DNA of 51,567 nucleotides from Bacteroidota bacterium (GCA_039198585.1 JBCCTJ010000001.1:1-51567), one strand, 5' to 3'; positions 36,503 to 47,420 are shown, counted from the stretch's first letter. The notes: a model not told the origin generated them from the sequence alone. Numbers and translations: made by a program.

Positions 36503-37456
36503 TCAAGCTGATTTGAACTGATAAGCAATCAACCAGTCATACAGTCTATCACTGACCCATCTTCTAATCCATAGGAACAGCTTGGCATACTTGCCTGTGG
36601 GATATCTAGTAGCGGGTTTTCTAGCTTGAATAGCTTTTATAATAGTCTGAGCAATTACAGAAGGATCAGATCCAATCAAGTGCTTTTTTTTGCTATCTTT
36701 TTGTCTTTTTTCCTTACTTATGTTTGTGAGAAACCCTTTGTAAGGACCAGCACCCGAACGTTCCATCATGGGCGCATACATAACCTCACCAAACTCCGTT
36801 TTGGTGATACCTGGCTCTATAATAATCACTCGAATGCCAAACGGTTCTAATTCTGTTCTTAGGCAATCTGACCACCCTTCCAAGGCATGTTTACTAGCGA
36901 CATACCAGCTACCTAGTGGTAGGTAGATTTTGCCTACTATAGAAGAAACATTGATGATTATACCCGATCCCTGTTTTCTCATATAAGGAAGGATTAGCTG
37001 CGTAAGACGTGCAAGGCCAAAGAGATTGACTTCAAATTGGTATCTTGCATCATCTAGCGAAGTTTCTTCTACACTACCATAAATGCCTAAGCCTGCATTA
37101 TTGATCAGTATATCAATACCCCCCTGCTCACGAATGACTTCAGCAATACAAGAGCAAATCAGTTTTTCATCTGTTATATCAAGCTTGATAATATGGATGC
37201 CCTTTTTTCGTAAATCTTCCATTTTTGCTATTCTCCTTGCAGCAGCGTATACTACATATCCTCGATTGTGCAGTGCAATAGCAGTACTTTTCCCTATACC
37301 AGAGGAAGCTCCTGTTATTAATACAACTTTTTTTCGGTTTTTCTTAACTTCTTTTTGATGATTTTTTACTGAATTTTCAGTTGAGTCAAGCTTCGCCACT
37401 ACAGAAGAATAAACAAGTGACAAAAGGGTGATGATAAAGAAAAAAGATTGATTCAT
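36503..37456 (-). CDS. Short-chain dehydrogenase/reductase with an N-terminal membrane anchor
   Basis: VVLITGASSGIGKSTA (TGxxxGxG), NNAG and YVASKHAL (YxxxK). The ORF track extends to 37546 and overlaps the upstream gene. The ATG at 37456 (MNQSFFFIITLLSLVYSSVVA) is the likelier start. Confidence 0.8.
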   Translation of the reverse strand: MNQSFFFIITLLSLVYSSVVAKLDSTENSVKNHQKEVKKNRKKVVLITGASSGIGKSTAIALHNRGYVVYAAARRIAKMEDLRKKGIHIIKLDITDEKLICSCIAEVIREQGGIDILINNAGLGIYGSVEETSLDDARYQFEVNLFGLARLTQLILPYMRKQGSGIIINVSSIVGKIYLPLGSWYVASKHALEGWSDCLRTELEPFGIRVIIIEPGITKTEFGEVMYAPMMERSGAGPYKGFLTNISKEKRQKDSKKKHLIGSDPSVIAQTIIKAIQARKPATRYPTGKYAKLFLWIRRWVSDRLYDWLIAYQFKSA

Positions 37457-37538
37457 TACTAAAAATAATACAGGTATACAGATCCTTTCCAAATAAGGTA
37501 AAAAGAAAATCCAAAATAGACAAAACTTATCATATTGC

Positions 37539-38363
37539 TTAACCACGCAATATTAGTTGTATTAAAACCCATGCTTTTTTGAGTAAACGCATAACTTGTG
37601 GTTTTGCTGAGAGCACTTGATGATAAATAAAAGAGTAATCAGTGTATTTTTTAGGTAAAGTAATAGCCCAGTTTTCTAGTAATATGATGAGAACGCTTAA
37701 AATAATAGCAGCTAGCGAAAGCCAAAAGATAGCTCCCAGTACATTGTCTATATGTACTAAAGCTGTCTCACGAAAAATATAGCACAATAGTCTATAAATA
37801 GCTCGTAGGAAAAAAAAATAGAATAGTACTAAAATAGCCAAGGCGGCTAGATTGGCTATACCTGCTAGCATAGGTATCTTCTTTTGGAGCATAGTGGCCA
37901 ATCCTCCTTGTATTATATGGCGAAAAAAATAGGCTGGTGATGTTCCTAAAAAAGATATAACCAGATGAACAAGTATACCATTTCGAAATCCATACCAAGT
38001 GGCCAAAAGAAGTATCAGAAGTAGTATCACATCAAGTAAGAAACCTATTAAACTATCAAAATTATGAAAAGGGTTCAAGAAGGCCTTCTTTTTGATGAGC
38101 TTAACTTTGTTAGATCTAGTAATTGTATTATTCGATTTTTCTCGAGTATCATTCAGCTTCTGTTGATATTGCTCATCTCTATCTAAGTGATACCTTAGCT
38201 GCTCTTGGTATGATTTTTGTATTGAATCTTTCGATTTTTCTTGTTGTATATTGATTTCTCCATTTTGACTGAGATACCGAGTAGGTACATAGATCCCATT
38301 CTGTTGGTTTGTGTTAGCACTAGAAATACAAAAAACTAAAAAAAGAAGAAGTAAAAAGTGCAT
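37539..38363 (-). CDS. CvpA-family-like membrane protein with a secreted N-terminal extension
   Basis: A signal peptide and a Gln/Lys-rich ~100 aa region are followed by four TM segments. The segment FLLDVILLLILLLATWYGFRNGIL resembles the CvpA start. Confidence 0.45.
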   Translation of the reverse strand: MHFLLLLFLVFCISSANTNQQNGIYVPTRYLSQNGEINIQQEKSKDSIQKSYQEQLRYHLDRDEQYQQKLNDTREKSNNTITRSNKVKLIKKKAFLNPFHNFDSLIGFLLDVILLLILLLATWYGFRNGILVHLVISFLGTSPAYFFRHIIQGGLATMLQKKIPMLAGIANLAALAILVLFYFFFLRAIYRLLCYIFRETALVHIDNVLGAIFWLSLAAIILSVLIILLENWAITLPKKYTDYSFIYHQVLSAKPQVMRLLKKAWVLIQLILRG

Positions 38364-38550
38364 ATTAAAGGTTAATAAATAATGACTTTTTTACATATAA
38401 ACTCCCCAAAAATAGATAAAAAGCTTGAATAGAGCAACTTTATCGTTGTAGAGTCACTAACGAATGAATAAGCGTAACAAATAAGTCAATAAAAAATTAT
38501 TTTGTAATTTTGTGAGCATACATTCTTTGCAAAGAAACTAATCTACACCA

Positions 38551-40422
38551 ATGATCATCAAAAAATGGATTAAAATCTGTCTATTGGCTTGTCTAAGCCA
38601 TACTTACATTTATCATGCCACATCTACTGGCATTGAAAAAAAAGGTTTTGGGTATTCAAGAAAACTGACTAAGCTCTCTTTAAGTAAAGACCAGATATTG
38701 AAGAAGCAACAATCTAAAAAAAATAATATCAAAGTATTGTTGGTTTTAGGAGTGTTAGGTATAGGGATGGTTATTATTTCTCTGATCATCAATCAAGACA
38801 CAAAAAATCGCCATATTGATTCCACTCAACCAGCTAGCAGCAGAGAAGATAGGGCCCCCAATCCTGCACCCAAAAAGCGACGTACCAACAACCGCAATAG
38901 GAATAAAAACAAGAAAAAAGGTGGTATTTATGTGAAAATAGATCAAGAGATTGAAACTAAAATTAAATGGTATAATGAACCATCAATCACTGCTACGGTA
39001 CAAGATACAACGAACTATCAAGATATGACTCCTTATCAGTCACCTAGCATTAGTAAGCAAGAGCTAGATACACTCATCAAACTAAAATTGGGAAATAAAG
39101 ATTCGGAAATAAAATGGTTACAAAAGATTATCAGCAAGAAAGGGTTAATTATTAAACTTGATGAATCCAAACGAATAGCTGCTACCCAACAGAGTTGTCA
39201 GTCTCGTATAACACCATCTATCACCACAGTAGCTGACGGACTGCTCGCACAGACCTCAGAAGCAGAAAGATCTAATTTTCAATTAGAGTTTAGATTATGG
39301 AGTGCACTAGAGAAATTTGAGGAGATAGCTGATGACTTTGATAGTAAAAAAAATATTGGAGGATTTAATCAAAGCAAAGATCCTACGATTAGGCATCTCA
39401 TTGCAGATTACGGTTCTTACACACTAAAAGATGTGAAAAAAAAACTGGTGAATAGTAAGTATGGTAAAAGAGTAGTAACTAAAAAATTAATAAAAAAAAT
39501 AGAAGATCTTGTACACAACATGTTTCCGAAAGAGTATCAAGTGCCGCAAATAGCAATGATTTTTTCCAATATGATATTTCAATTAGAAATGAAACTGGAT
39601 GAGCTAAAAAGTAAGGTTAAGAATATGATTTTTTTGACAGCAGAAGATGCTAAACTTTTGTATAGCACTGCACCGACCGAAGGAGAGAAAACCCAAGTAG
39701 AAAATAGGAAGCATACCTTGCAAGAACAGGAAAAAGTTCAGCAAGAACTAGATAAAATTATGCTATGTTGTGATGTAATTGCTGGTCTAGTCAAGGAAAA
39801 TCACTGCTTTGCTAGAACTATGCAGTCAATAGGTGCTATGAATTCCCTACTAGGTAACAGGTCAGTCACATTTCCAACTTCGCTGCATGCTCAGGTTATC
39901 GCATTGGTTGAGGAATTGCGAGAAAAAGCCTATGAAGCAACATGTAGTGAGCTCATTCCTACAGACCCCAGTCTACAACAAGTACATATAAAAAATTATA
40001 TCATGCAAAAACTTGCAACAATCATCTGTCTGAAGAATGGAAATGTGACCCAATTGGATGGCGATGCTAGTGACTATGGGAAAAGGATAGTACTGAGAAA
40101 AAGGACATCTACTGCCTCTTCTCCTGAAGCTATTATCAAGAGTACTTTTATCAAACATTTTAATGCTATAGAGATCATCAAAAGCGTAGGGGAGTATCTG
40201 GTAAATAAAAAAAAGAGCGGATCTATTCAGCTGAATTTAGAAGAGTATAGAAGCTATATGCTAGGACGTCTACAAGCATCTGGCTATGATACAGCGCAAG
40301 AGCAGTATATGCCCTATCTCCTTCATGAAGGAGAAGGCGGGAGATACTATATTTCACTTAATACGCGTGTTCTTGTTGCCTATTTGAAAGAAATCGGGGT
40401 GTTAATGTCTAAAACTGAATAA
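38551..40422 (+). CDS. Membrane-anchored ORFan, paralogue 1 of a tandem pair (contains a basic NLS-like tract)
   Basis: Signal-like N-terminus, a TM (VLLVLGVLGIGMVIISLII) and the basic run PKKRRTNNRNRNKNKKKG. The C-terminal ~450 aa are collinear with the next ORF. Confidence 0.75.
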   Translation: MIIKKWIKICLLACLSHTYIYHATSTGIEKKGFGYSRKLTKLSLSKDQILKKQQSKKNNIKVLLVLGVLGIGMVIISLIINQDTKNRHIDSTQPASSREDRAPNPAPKKRRTNNRNRNKNKKKGGIYVKIDQEIETKIKWYNEPSITATVQDTTNYQDMTPYQSPSISKQELDTLIKLKLGNKDSEIKWLQKIISKKGLIIKLDESKRIAATQQSCQSRITPSITTVADGLLAQTSEAERSNFQLEFRLWSALEKFEEIADDFDSKKNIGGFNQSKDPTIRHLIADYGSYTLKDVKKKLVNSKYGKRVVTKKLIKKIEDLVHNMFPKEYQVPQIAMIFSNMIFQLEMKLDELKSKVKNMIFLTAEDAKLLYSTAPTEGEKTQVENRKHTLQEQEKVQQELDKIMLCCDVIAGLVKENHCFARTMQSIGAMNSLLGNRSVTFPTSLHAQVIALVEELREKAYEATCSELIPTDPSLQQVHIKNYIMQKLATIICLKNGNVTQLDGDASDYGKRIVLRKRTSTASSPEAIIKSTFIKHFNAIEIIKSVGEYLVNKKKSGSIQLNLEEYRSYMLGRLQASGYDTAQEQYMPYLLHEGEGGRYYISLNTRVLVAYLKEIGVLMSKTE

Positions 40423-40444
40423 TATCACAACTTAATTTCATCTT

Positions 40445-41959
40445 ATGAAAAAAATAAATCTATACTTTCTTATCTTAATTGCAGGAAGCTTGAGTGCTTT
40501 GCCTGCTAATAAGCATACCTACAACCAGGGGTATAATAAGTCTTATAAGCGATTAAAAAAAGGTAAGCAGCAGCTGTCACGCAAGCAGCAAAAGTCTATT
40601 CTAGCAGGTATGATCTGTGGTGTAGGGGTATTCTGCATCTTCTTTATCACAAAAAATAATAGAGAAGCAACTCCTACTATAGCAAGTGATTTATGGTATA
40701 GCCAAGATGTAAGTTTCTTAAAGGAAAAGACGAAATACAACCGTATAAAGCGGTCTCCTCATATAACACCAGAAGAGTTAGAAGATTTTAAATCAAAAAT
40801 GGGTAACCCACAGGTAGAAGCAAAGTGGTGGCAAGATATCATACAAGCTAAAGAGGTAAAGTTTGACTTGCCCCAAACAGGATCTGTCATGCTAACAGCT
40901 AATGCTTGCCAAACACAGCTGAATGGGTCAATTTTAGACATGGCAGATAGTTTTATAGAGCACATGCGTATCAATGATGCGTATACATTTACTCTAGAAA
41001 AAGACCTCTATAATGCTTTAAAAAAATTTAAAGAAATAGCGGAAAACTTTGATAGAATCAAAGATAAGCGAGTTATTGTATCAGAGACAAGACTTGTATT
41101 TGCTGGAGATTATCATACTGACTATAGCATAGACAGATTAATGAGCTGTACTAATAATTCGGATCTAATACAACTCAAAATAGATGCTATGATGAATCCA
41201 ATCTTGGGACCTCAATACTCAAAATTGCAAATAAAAGCTACTTTTCTAATGATGATAAAAAATTTACAAGATTATCTCAATACTTTAGAAACTAACATAC
41301 GATTCGCAACAAGAGCCAATGATCAGAAAAATATACAAGAGAAGCTAGATAGAATCAGCTTGGCGTGTGATCTTTTTGTTAGAATTATTATTGGATCTGG
41401 TTGTTTTGCTAACACATTACAGAGTATTAACGCTATTTTCCAACTTGTAGGAAGTGAAGTACAAAGATCACCAGTATCTTTACATGGGATGGTTTATCAA
41501 GCAGTAGAAAAATTGCGAGAAGAAGCTTTCACAAGAACTTGTGCAGTTTTATATGGTGGAGAAGTGCATAACAGTAATCGAGCTGCTTTTCACTTAGCCG
41601 ATACGTTTAAACTACAAGGGAGAAACATCACTCAAGAAGTAGAATTGACAATACTAGAAATCAATAAAAGACGAGTTAAAAGAGAGTTTTTAAAACACTT
41701 TAATGCCAAAAAATTGATTAAAACTATAGGTCAATATATGCAAGAAAGTAAGAGGATAGGTAATATTCAATTGAATATTGATGAATATAGAGCGTACTGT
41801 ATCAAGCGCTTACAAGATGCTGGATATAATCCGGAAGAAGAGCAGTATGCTCCGTACATCCTAGATGACTCTGATACCAATCATATTGTTTTAAAATTTA
41901 ACTGGAGGGTGCTAATTGCCTATCTCATAGACATTGGCATTCTTAGGTCTGTTGACTAG
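40445..41959 (+). CDS. Membrane-anchored ORFan, paralogue 2 of a tandem pair
   Basis: Blocks shared with 38551-40422: KWWQDIIQAK/KWLQKIISKK, NACQTQ/QSCQSR, GCFANTLQSINA/HCFARTMQSIGA, SLHGMVYQAVEKLREEAF/SLHAQVIALVEELREKAY, and FLKHFNAKKLIKTIGQY...IQLNIDEYRAY/FIKHFNAIEIIKSVGEY...IQLNLEEYRSY. Confidence 0.75.
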   Translation: MKKINLYFLILIAGSLSALPANKHTYNQGYNKSYKRLKKGKQQLSRKQQKSILAGMICGVGVFCIFFITKNNREATPTIASDLWYSQDVSFLKEKTKYNRIKRSPHITPEELEDFKSKMGNPQVEAKWWQDIIQAKEVKFDLPQTGSVMLTANACQTQLNGSILDMADSFIEHMRINDAYTFTLEKDLYNALKKFKEIAENFDRIKDKRVIVSETRLVFAGDYHTDYSIDRLMSCTNNSDLIQLKIDAMMNPILGPQYSKLQIKATFLMMIKNLQDYLNTLETNIRFATRANDQKNIQEKLDRISLACDLFVRIIIGSGCFANTLQSINAIFQLVGSEVQRSPVSLHGMVYQAVEKLREEAFTRTCAVLYGGEVHNSNRAAFHLADTFKLQGRNITQEVELTILEINKRRVKREFLKHFNAKKLIKTIGQYMQESKRIGNIQLNIDEYRAYCIKRLQDAGYNPEEEQYAPYILDDSDTNHIVLKFNWRVLIAYLIDIGILRSVD

Positions 41960-42090
41960 CTGTAGCTCATCTTTTTGGTTTGGCATGAGTAGATTACAAA
42001 AGGGCAGTCAAAGGAGTATAATCTAATGGTGTTTCAGGATTCACAAGGAATTTTGAGCTTGACTACCTTGATGATAAGCTTTTTTATTAC

Positions 42091-43359
42091 GGTAACGTAT
42101 AATTAATTGTGTTTTTTGGCAAAGTATTGTAAGTTGGTTGCTGCATATTTCTGCCAATTATTGGCTTTGAAATCTTTAATAATTATAAAAATCAAATCAA
42201 GTAAATTTTCTTCTTGCTCAAAGCTAACTTTGGTTTTAGTGATCTTCCGAATTTGCCTATTCAAATTCTCAATCGAGTTGGTTGTATACATCATACGTCT
42301 GACTTCAACAGAATAATCTATATACGTCAAATAATCATCAATATAGTCCTCATCAAGAAATTGGGTTATTGTACGTACGTTCATACGCTTCTTTCCAGTT
42401 ATCTACAAAACTTTTTATCTTAGCACGAGCTTTTTGTTTACTACTTTCGGCACTAAAATTATTGAATGCTTCTTTCAAATCAGAAGAAAAAGCACTTTTG
42501 TCTTTAGGCCTTACTTTATTGAGTAAATTACGTTGTAAGTGGCCTATACATTGCTGAATATTTTTCGATCGATAAAGTTTGCTGACTTCTTCAGAAAAAT
42601 CGAGTTTACTATCCGAAACTATAATATCTACTTGTTCCACACCTCTTTTTCGAAGCTTATCAAGGGATTCTCCCCATACCTGACTGCTCTCTGTTGGACT
42701 GGGCTCTAGTAGAAGTAGCTCTCTTGTATTGTGATCTTTAACAACATAAATAATATGTATACGGCTTCTTTGCTATAACTATTAGCTCGTTTCAAAGTAG
42801 TGTAAAGAGCATCACAATAGATAACCTTGTAATAAGCATCTAACGGTTTTTTCCACTTTTTTCGTAATCATAGAAGCTTGAGTCTAAGCTGCTAATAGTA
42901 TCTTTACTCATGGATTCTCCAAAAAATTCTTCCATGATACCTGCTACGTCACGTGTAAATAATCCTCTTTGATACAATAGCATAGTTGATTAAGCTGGTC
43001 TTCCTGTATATTAATTAGTTCTAATAACATAGGCTTGAACTTCCTATTCCGGGATTTTGGTATGCTAGTTTGTAGGCTATTGGTCATGAGTGATCTAAAA
43101 TCTTTCATGTAACCGCCATTACAAGTGTCTTGCTTGCTTTCTTGTCTTTTTAAGATACCCCTTCTCTTTCCAAAAGAATCAGAGCCCCAATTACAGTAAT
43201 TGAGAACTTAGCTAAGTTAAGATCATCCTGGCTTTAAAAAAGATTTGGTTAGGACTACTAGATCATTTTTTCTACTTGTTTTTTGTGATAATTTCTTGTG
43301 GTTTAAAAGTTAGATACAATAGTAATTTTTTCATTTTCCACAATCAATTACACATTACC
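42091..43359 (-). mobile_element. IS256-family insertion sequence, full length but with a pseudogenised transposase (copy C)
   Basis: 1269 bp bounded by imperfect terminal inverted repeats: ggtaacgtataattaattgtg at 42091, and ccacaatcaattacacattacc ending at 43359. The transposase is split into fragments (42103-42384, 42353-42640 and a degraded N-terminal part). IS256 motifs are present: VDIIVSDSKLDFSEEV, QQCIGHLQRNLL and TNSIENLNRQIRK. Confidence 0.85.
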
Positions 43360-43517
43360 TAATTTTTTTCTTTGATTTTGATTGAAGAAATAGCTTTTTT
43401 CTTTAGAACAGGTAAAATTTTTACCAAAATTTGGTAAAATGTACATCTTACTTTTTTTAAACAAGGATAAATTTCCTTAGTGATTACATAACCTTATTGA
43501 AAGTTTGATGACTATGC

Positions 43518-44900
43518 TTACTCAATGTGTACTGAACCCTGACTAATATGGCTTCTCCATAAGCCTACCTGATCAGCAAATCTCCAAAAAATACCTATGG
43601 AAGTAAATAAAAATCCACAGCATATGCCTATTAGAATACCTCTCATACCTAATTGCAAATACAAGCCTAATCCATAGCCTATTGGTACGCCTAGTAAACC
43701 AAACCCTAACAAGTTAATCACAAAAGGGACTACTGTATCTTGCTTACCTCGTAAAACACAGACTCCTAGTGTGTTCAAACTACCTAGAAACTGAGCCAAA
43801 AAAGCAAAGCCTACAACAGGTAGCACTAAAGATTTGATTTGTGCAGAGGCTTTATTAAGCTCTAAAATATTAGGCAAAAAAAGTAAAATAATAATAATAG
43901 CAATGATCGAGAAGACGGCATTGATAATATAGCCCGTTATGCCAACACGAGCTTGCTCTTCGCTAACTCCCTTACCAAAAGCTCTTCCCATAAGAATAGT
44001 ACTAGTAATGGCAGATGCTAAAGAAATCATATCAGCATACCTTAGAATATCAAAAAGAATGCTTCCAGCTGATTGAACCTGAAGTCCAATAAAACCTAAC
44101 ATAATCTGAGGGAAGAAGCCAGTATAAAGTACTCTCAAGGTTAGTTCTCCGCCACCTGGTAGACTTAATATCAACAGGTTTCGAAATCGTTTATGAAATC
44201 CTGCTTTCCAAGAAGACCCTAATGACAATATTTTTCCTTTTCTGCTTACCATAACCAATATAAACAGTGAATAACCTATTAGGTTAATGAGACGTACAAC
44301 AAGTGTGGCAATACCAGCCCCCAATACGCCCAATGTAGGGAATATGCCGATGCCATAAATCAAAAAGTAGTTGAGCAATACATTAGTCGCTCCGCCTAAT
44401 AAGCTCATCATCATATTGAGACGAAAGTAACCTAACCCCTCCATATATTTTCTCATAGGCTGAACTAAAAGACTAGGTATTACAGAGGCAGTCACGGCCC
44501 AGTAAAACCGCTTGACAGCTTCTATTGCTTCTCTTGGTTGTTTAAGCTGATAGAGAATATTAGGATTAAGCCAAACAAAACTACCAAACAAAAAGGCAAT
44601 GAGAATACAAATTGTCAACAAATAAGCAAAACTATCTGTAGCTTTTCTATACTTTTTTTGTACATCTCCTGCGGCTACAATCGAAGGTAATACAGTACAT
44701 ATTCCAACACTAAAAATAATAGGAATAAAACAAAGCTGATTGACCAAAGTTGCGCCAGCTCGCTGTGCATCTCCTAAGCGCCCTATCATAATTTTATCTG
44801 CTGCAGCGATAAAAGCAAAGCTCAAGAGATTGATCATAACTGGCCATATGATAGCAAAATAGTCTTTAAAATGTTCTCGATAACTTCTGATCTGCTGCAT
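43518..44900 (-). CDS. MATE family efflux transporter
   Basis: 460 aa with 12 predicted TM segments. The N-terminus is typical (IIWPVMINLLSFAFIAAADKIMIGRLG), with the two-lobed repeat. Confidence 0.8.
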   Translation of the reverse strand: MQQIRSYREHFKDYFAIIWPVMINLLSFAFIAAADKIMIGRLGDAQRAGATLVNQLCFIPIIFSVGICTVLPSIVAAGDVQKKYRKATDSFAYLLTICILIAFLFGSFVWLNPNILYQLKQPREAIEAVKRFYWAVTASVIPSLLVQPMRKYMEGLGYFRLNMMMSLLGGATNVLLNYFLIYGIGIFPTLGVLGAGIATLVVRLINLIGYSLFILVMVSRKGKILSLGSSWKAGFHKRFRNLLILSLPGGGELTLRVLYTGFFPQIMLGFIGLQVQSAGSILFDILRYADMISLASAITSTILMGRAFGKGVSEEQARVGITGYIINAVFSIIAIIIILLFLPNILELNKASAQIKSLVLPVVGFAFLAQFLGSLNTLGVCVLRGKQDTVVPFVINLLGFGLLGVPIGYGLGLYLQLGMRGILIGICCGFLFTSIGIFWRFADQVGLWRSHISQGSVHIE

Positions 44901-44908
44901 AGGGTATG

Positions 44909-45634
44909 TTAAGAAGGTTGCCGCTCAACGGTTGTCGTTAAGAATCCTAGATGTTTTTGAGTATCTTCATAGTCTGGTGAATCTGGAAACTCTTGACTAA
45001 TAAGCTGATAGCAATTTTTAGCTTTTTCGAGTTCTCCTAAATCCTCCCAAATAGCAGCAATCTTTTTTAAGTAGACAGGTGTAATCTGACTGTTAGGAGA
45101 GGTATTCGCAGCTTTTTGGTACCAAACAAGCGCCTCCTGATAGTTGCCCATCTCACTATAGGCATCTCCTTTAATTCCCCATACTGAGAAAGATTGGATA
45201 ACTGGATTGGGGAATCTTATCTTATTTAGATACTGCACTGCCTCTTGATACATCTTGCGATCTATATAAATGAGAGCAATATAATAATAAGCCAGCTGGC
45301 CAGCTTTTGTTGATGGCCATTTTTTAGCAATAGCCAAAAATCCTGGCGTTAGATCATCACCTTGAAGAGCATTATCAAATTGTTTATTCTTAAAATACTT
45401 TTGGGAACGCCATATGGCTTCTTGTGCGTCTTGTTCGTTTCTGTTGATCCTAGCTTCTCGAAATTTGAAAAAGCCAATGATTAATCCTAGTAAAATAATA
45501 ATTCCAATAGCTGTAGTAGAGTTAATATATTTACTCAAGAGAGATTGCGGCTGTTGGTCTTTCCTTTCTCGAGTAGTTGAACCTTTACTAGACGATATGG
45601 AATTATCTACGTTTATCTTTATTTTTTTTGACAT
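44909..45634 (-). CDS. Membrane-anchored tetratricopeptide-repeat protein
   Basis: Single TM (AIGIILLGLIIGFF) followed by TPR-like units (AYYYIALIYIDRKMYQEAVQYLNK, GDAYSEMGNYQEALVWYQKA, LGELEKAKNCYQLISQEFP). Confidence 0.7.
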   Translation of the reverse strand: MSKKIKINVDNSISSSKGSTTRERKDQQPQSLLSKYINSTTAIGIIILLGLIIGFFKFREARINRNEQDAQEAIWRSQKYFKNKQFDNALQGDDLTPGFLAIAKKWPSTKAGQLAYYYIALIYIDRKMYQEAVQYLNKIRFPNPVIQSFSVWGIKGDAYSEMGNYQEALVWYQKAANTSPNSQITPVYLKKIAAIWEDLGELEKAKNCYQLISQEFPDSPDYEDTQKHLGFLTTTVERQPS

Positions 45635-45913
45635 AATCTGTGTTATTCCATTTAATTCTATTCTCTGTTATTAATTCCCTAGCATAAGTTACTTCAAGCT
45701 AATTAGGATCAATATAAAAAAGAAAAAGATTTTGCCTCGAAAGATAAATAAAAGAAAAGAAAGAACAAGCATATAAGATCGTAACTAGCAATTATATCAA
45801 GTAATTATTCTTTTGATTATCTTGATCAAGATGGTTTTTCTCCCCTAAAATTGATATTTTTTTTGATTATTTTCTTACATTATAGAATAATGTGCCTCTA
45901 TTGTTTCTACAAC

Positions 45914-47266
45914 CTAGAATATATAATGAGCAAATAAAACAATAATAGGTAAGGTAATAAGAGTTCTTAAAAGAAATATAAGAAGAATGTCCCAAAAATT
46001 CAGTGGAGATCGACTGCCGATTAATAAAGCACCTAGTTCTGACAAGTATACCAGCTGACTCACCGCTAAACATACCACAATAAAACGTGTCATAGGATTG
46101 CTTACGTGAGCGATCATCACTGCTGGAATGAACATGTCAGCAAATCCTACGAAAATTACTTTAGCTACAGCAGCAGATTCTGGTATTCTCAATAAATCTA
46201 AAATAAATATAAAGGGTCTCCCCAAAATACTAAAAAAAGAGGTATAGTTAGCTACTACCAAACTGGCGCCTCCTATTATCATAATGCTAGGAAAAAGACT
46301 AGTAATCATTCCTGTCATTTTTTTAAAATTTGAGAGACTTATGATAGATAAAGAGCTTTGTTGGGCTGCTTTTTGTTTAGCTTCTAGAATAGCGCGTTGC
46401 CACCTGCTTGCTACTGCTTCTTTTTCTATAGGAGTAGCGTGAGTAGGAGTGATTGGTTGGCTATTTTTCCAAGATAGTGGAGGGATTCTTGGTAGAATTA
46501 ATGCTGCTAGCAAGCTGCTTAGTATAACCGTTCCATAGAAAGCTAAAAAGTAATTTTCAAGATGTACCTGTGCTAGCATGCTTAAGCAAAATGTAATCGA
46601 AACTGCAGAAAAAGAAGTAACAATAATACTCACTTCTTGGTCATTATAGTACTTTTTTTTATATTCCTGCATAGCGATAAAAGTTCCTACACTACCATCT
46701 CCTATCCACGCTACTAAACAGTTGATAGCTGCTCTCCCTGGTAAACGAAAGAGAGGGCGCATGATGGGCTCTATAAGGGTACCTATGAATTCTAAGAGTC
46801 CGAAATCAAGAAGAAAAGGTAAGAAAAATGCAGATACAACCATATTAATCAACAGTGTAGGTAATAGCTTATACAGCACAAATCTTCCCGTTGTTTCCCT
46901 TATTATTACCTGCGGCCCTACCTGAAAGAATACTAGACTAACCCACAAAGCACTTAAGATACGAAGTAGTAGTGATAACTGTCCTACTACAAAATTTTCT
47001 CTTATCCATGGACTTTTGATAGTCCACGCAGGCTTTACAAAGATAACCCATAAAGTAAGCAATGCAACTCCCCAAAAAAAGGATAGAAGTATATAGGGAA
47101 GATAATCATGTACAAGATATAGGATCAAACGAGATAAAAAGGTAATGATAACCATATAGTTGCTACCTATACTACAAGGGACTAAGAAGAGCAGTATGCC
47201 ACAGAAAGAGGGAATCAGAAATCGGAGTATACTTAGCTTCTGATTAGATGTATTATGCAAAGCCAT
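45914..47266 (-). CDS. YjiH / nucleoside-recognition (Gate) domain membrane protein
   Basis: Polytopic. LLDFGLLEFIGTLIEPIMRPLFRLPGRAAINCLVAWIGDGSVG matches the COG3314/YjiH-type pattern from memory. Confidence 0.5.
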   Translation of the reverse strand: MALHNTSNQKLSILRFLIPSFCGILLFLVPCSIGSNYMVIITFLSRLILYLVHDYLPYILLSFFWGVALLTLWVIFVKPAWTIKSPWIRENFVVGQLSLLLRILSALWVSLVFFQVGPQVIIRETTGRFVLYKLLPTLLINMVVSAFFLPFLLDFGLLEFIGTLIEPIMRPLFRLPGRAAINCLVAWIGDGSVGTFIAMQEYKKKYYNDQEVSIIVTSFSAVSITFCLSMLAQVHLENYFLAFYGTVILSSLLAALILPRIPPLSWKNSQPITPTHATPIEKEAVASRWQRAILEAKQKAAQQSSLSIISLSNFKKMTGMITSLFPSIMIIGGASLVVANYTSFFSILGRPFIFILDLLRIPESAAVAKVIFVGFADMFIPAVMIAHVSNPMTRFIVVCLAVSQLVYLSELGALLIGSRSPLNFWDILLIFLLRTLITLPIIVLFAHYIF

Positions 47267-47420
47267 AGATTTTGGTTATATTGTTTTGTGTTGTTTAACA
47301 GCGGCTTTTTCAAGAAATAAGCAAGTCAAAACTTAAATAGCTTGCTCAACCCTATACATTTTTAAGCTTTTGTGCTCAATTAACTTTTATCATCAAAAAA
47401 AGATAATTATAATGATTCTA

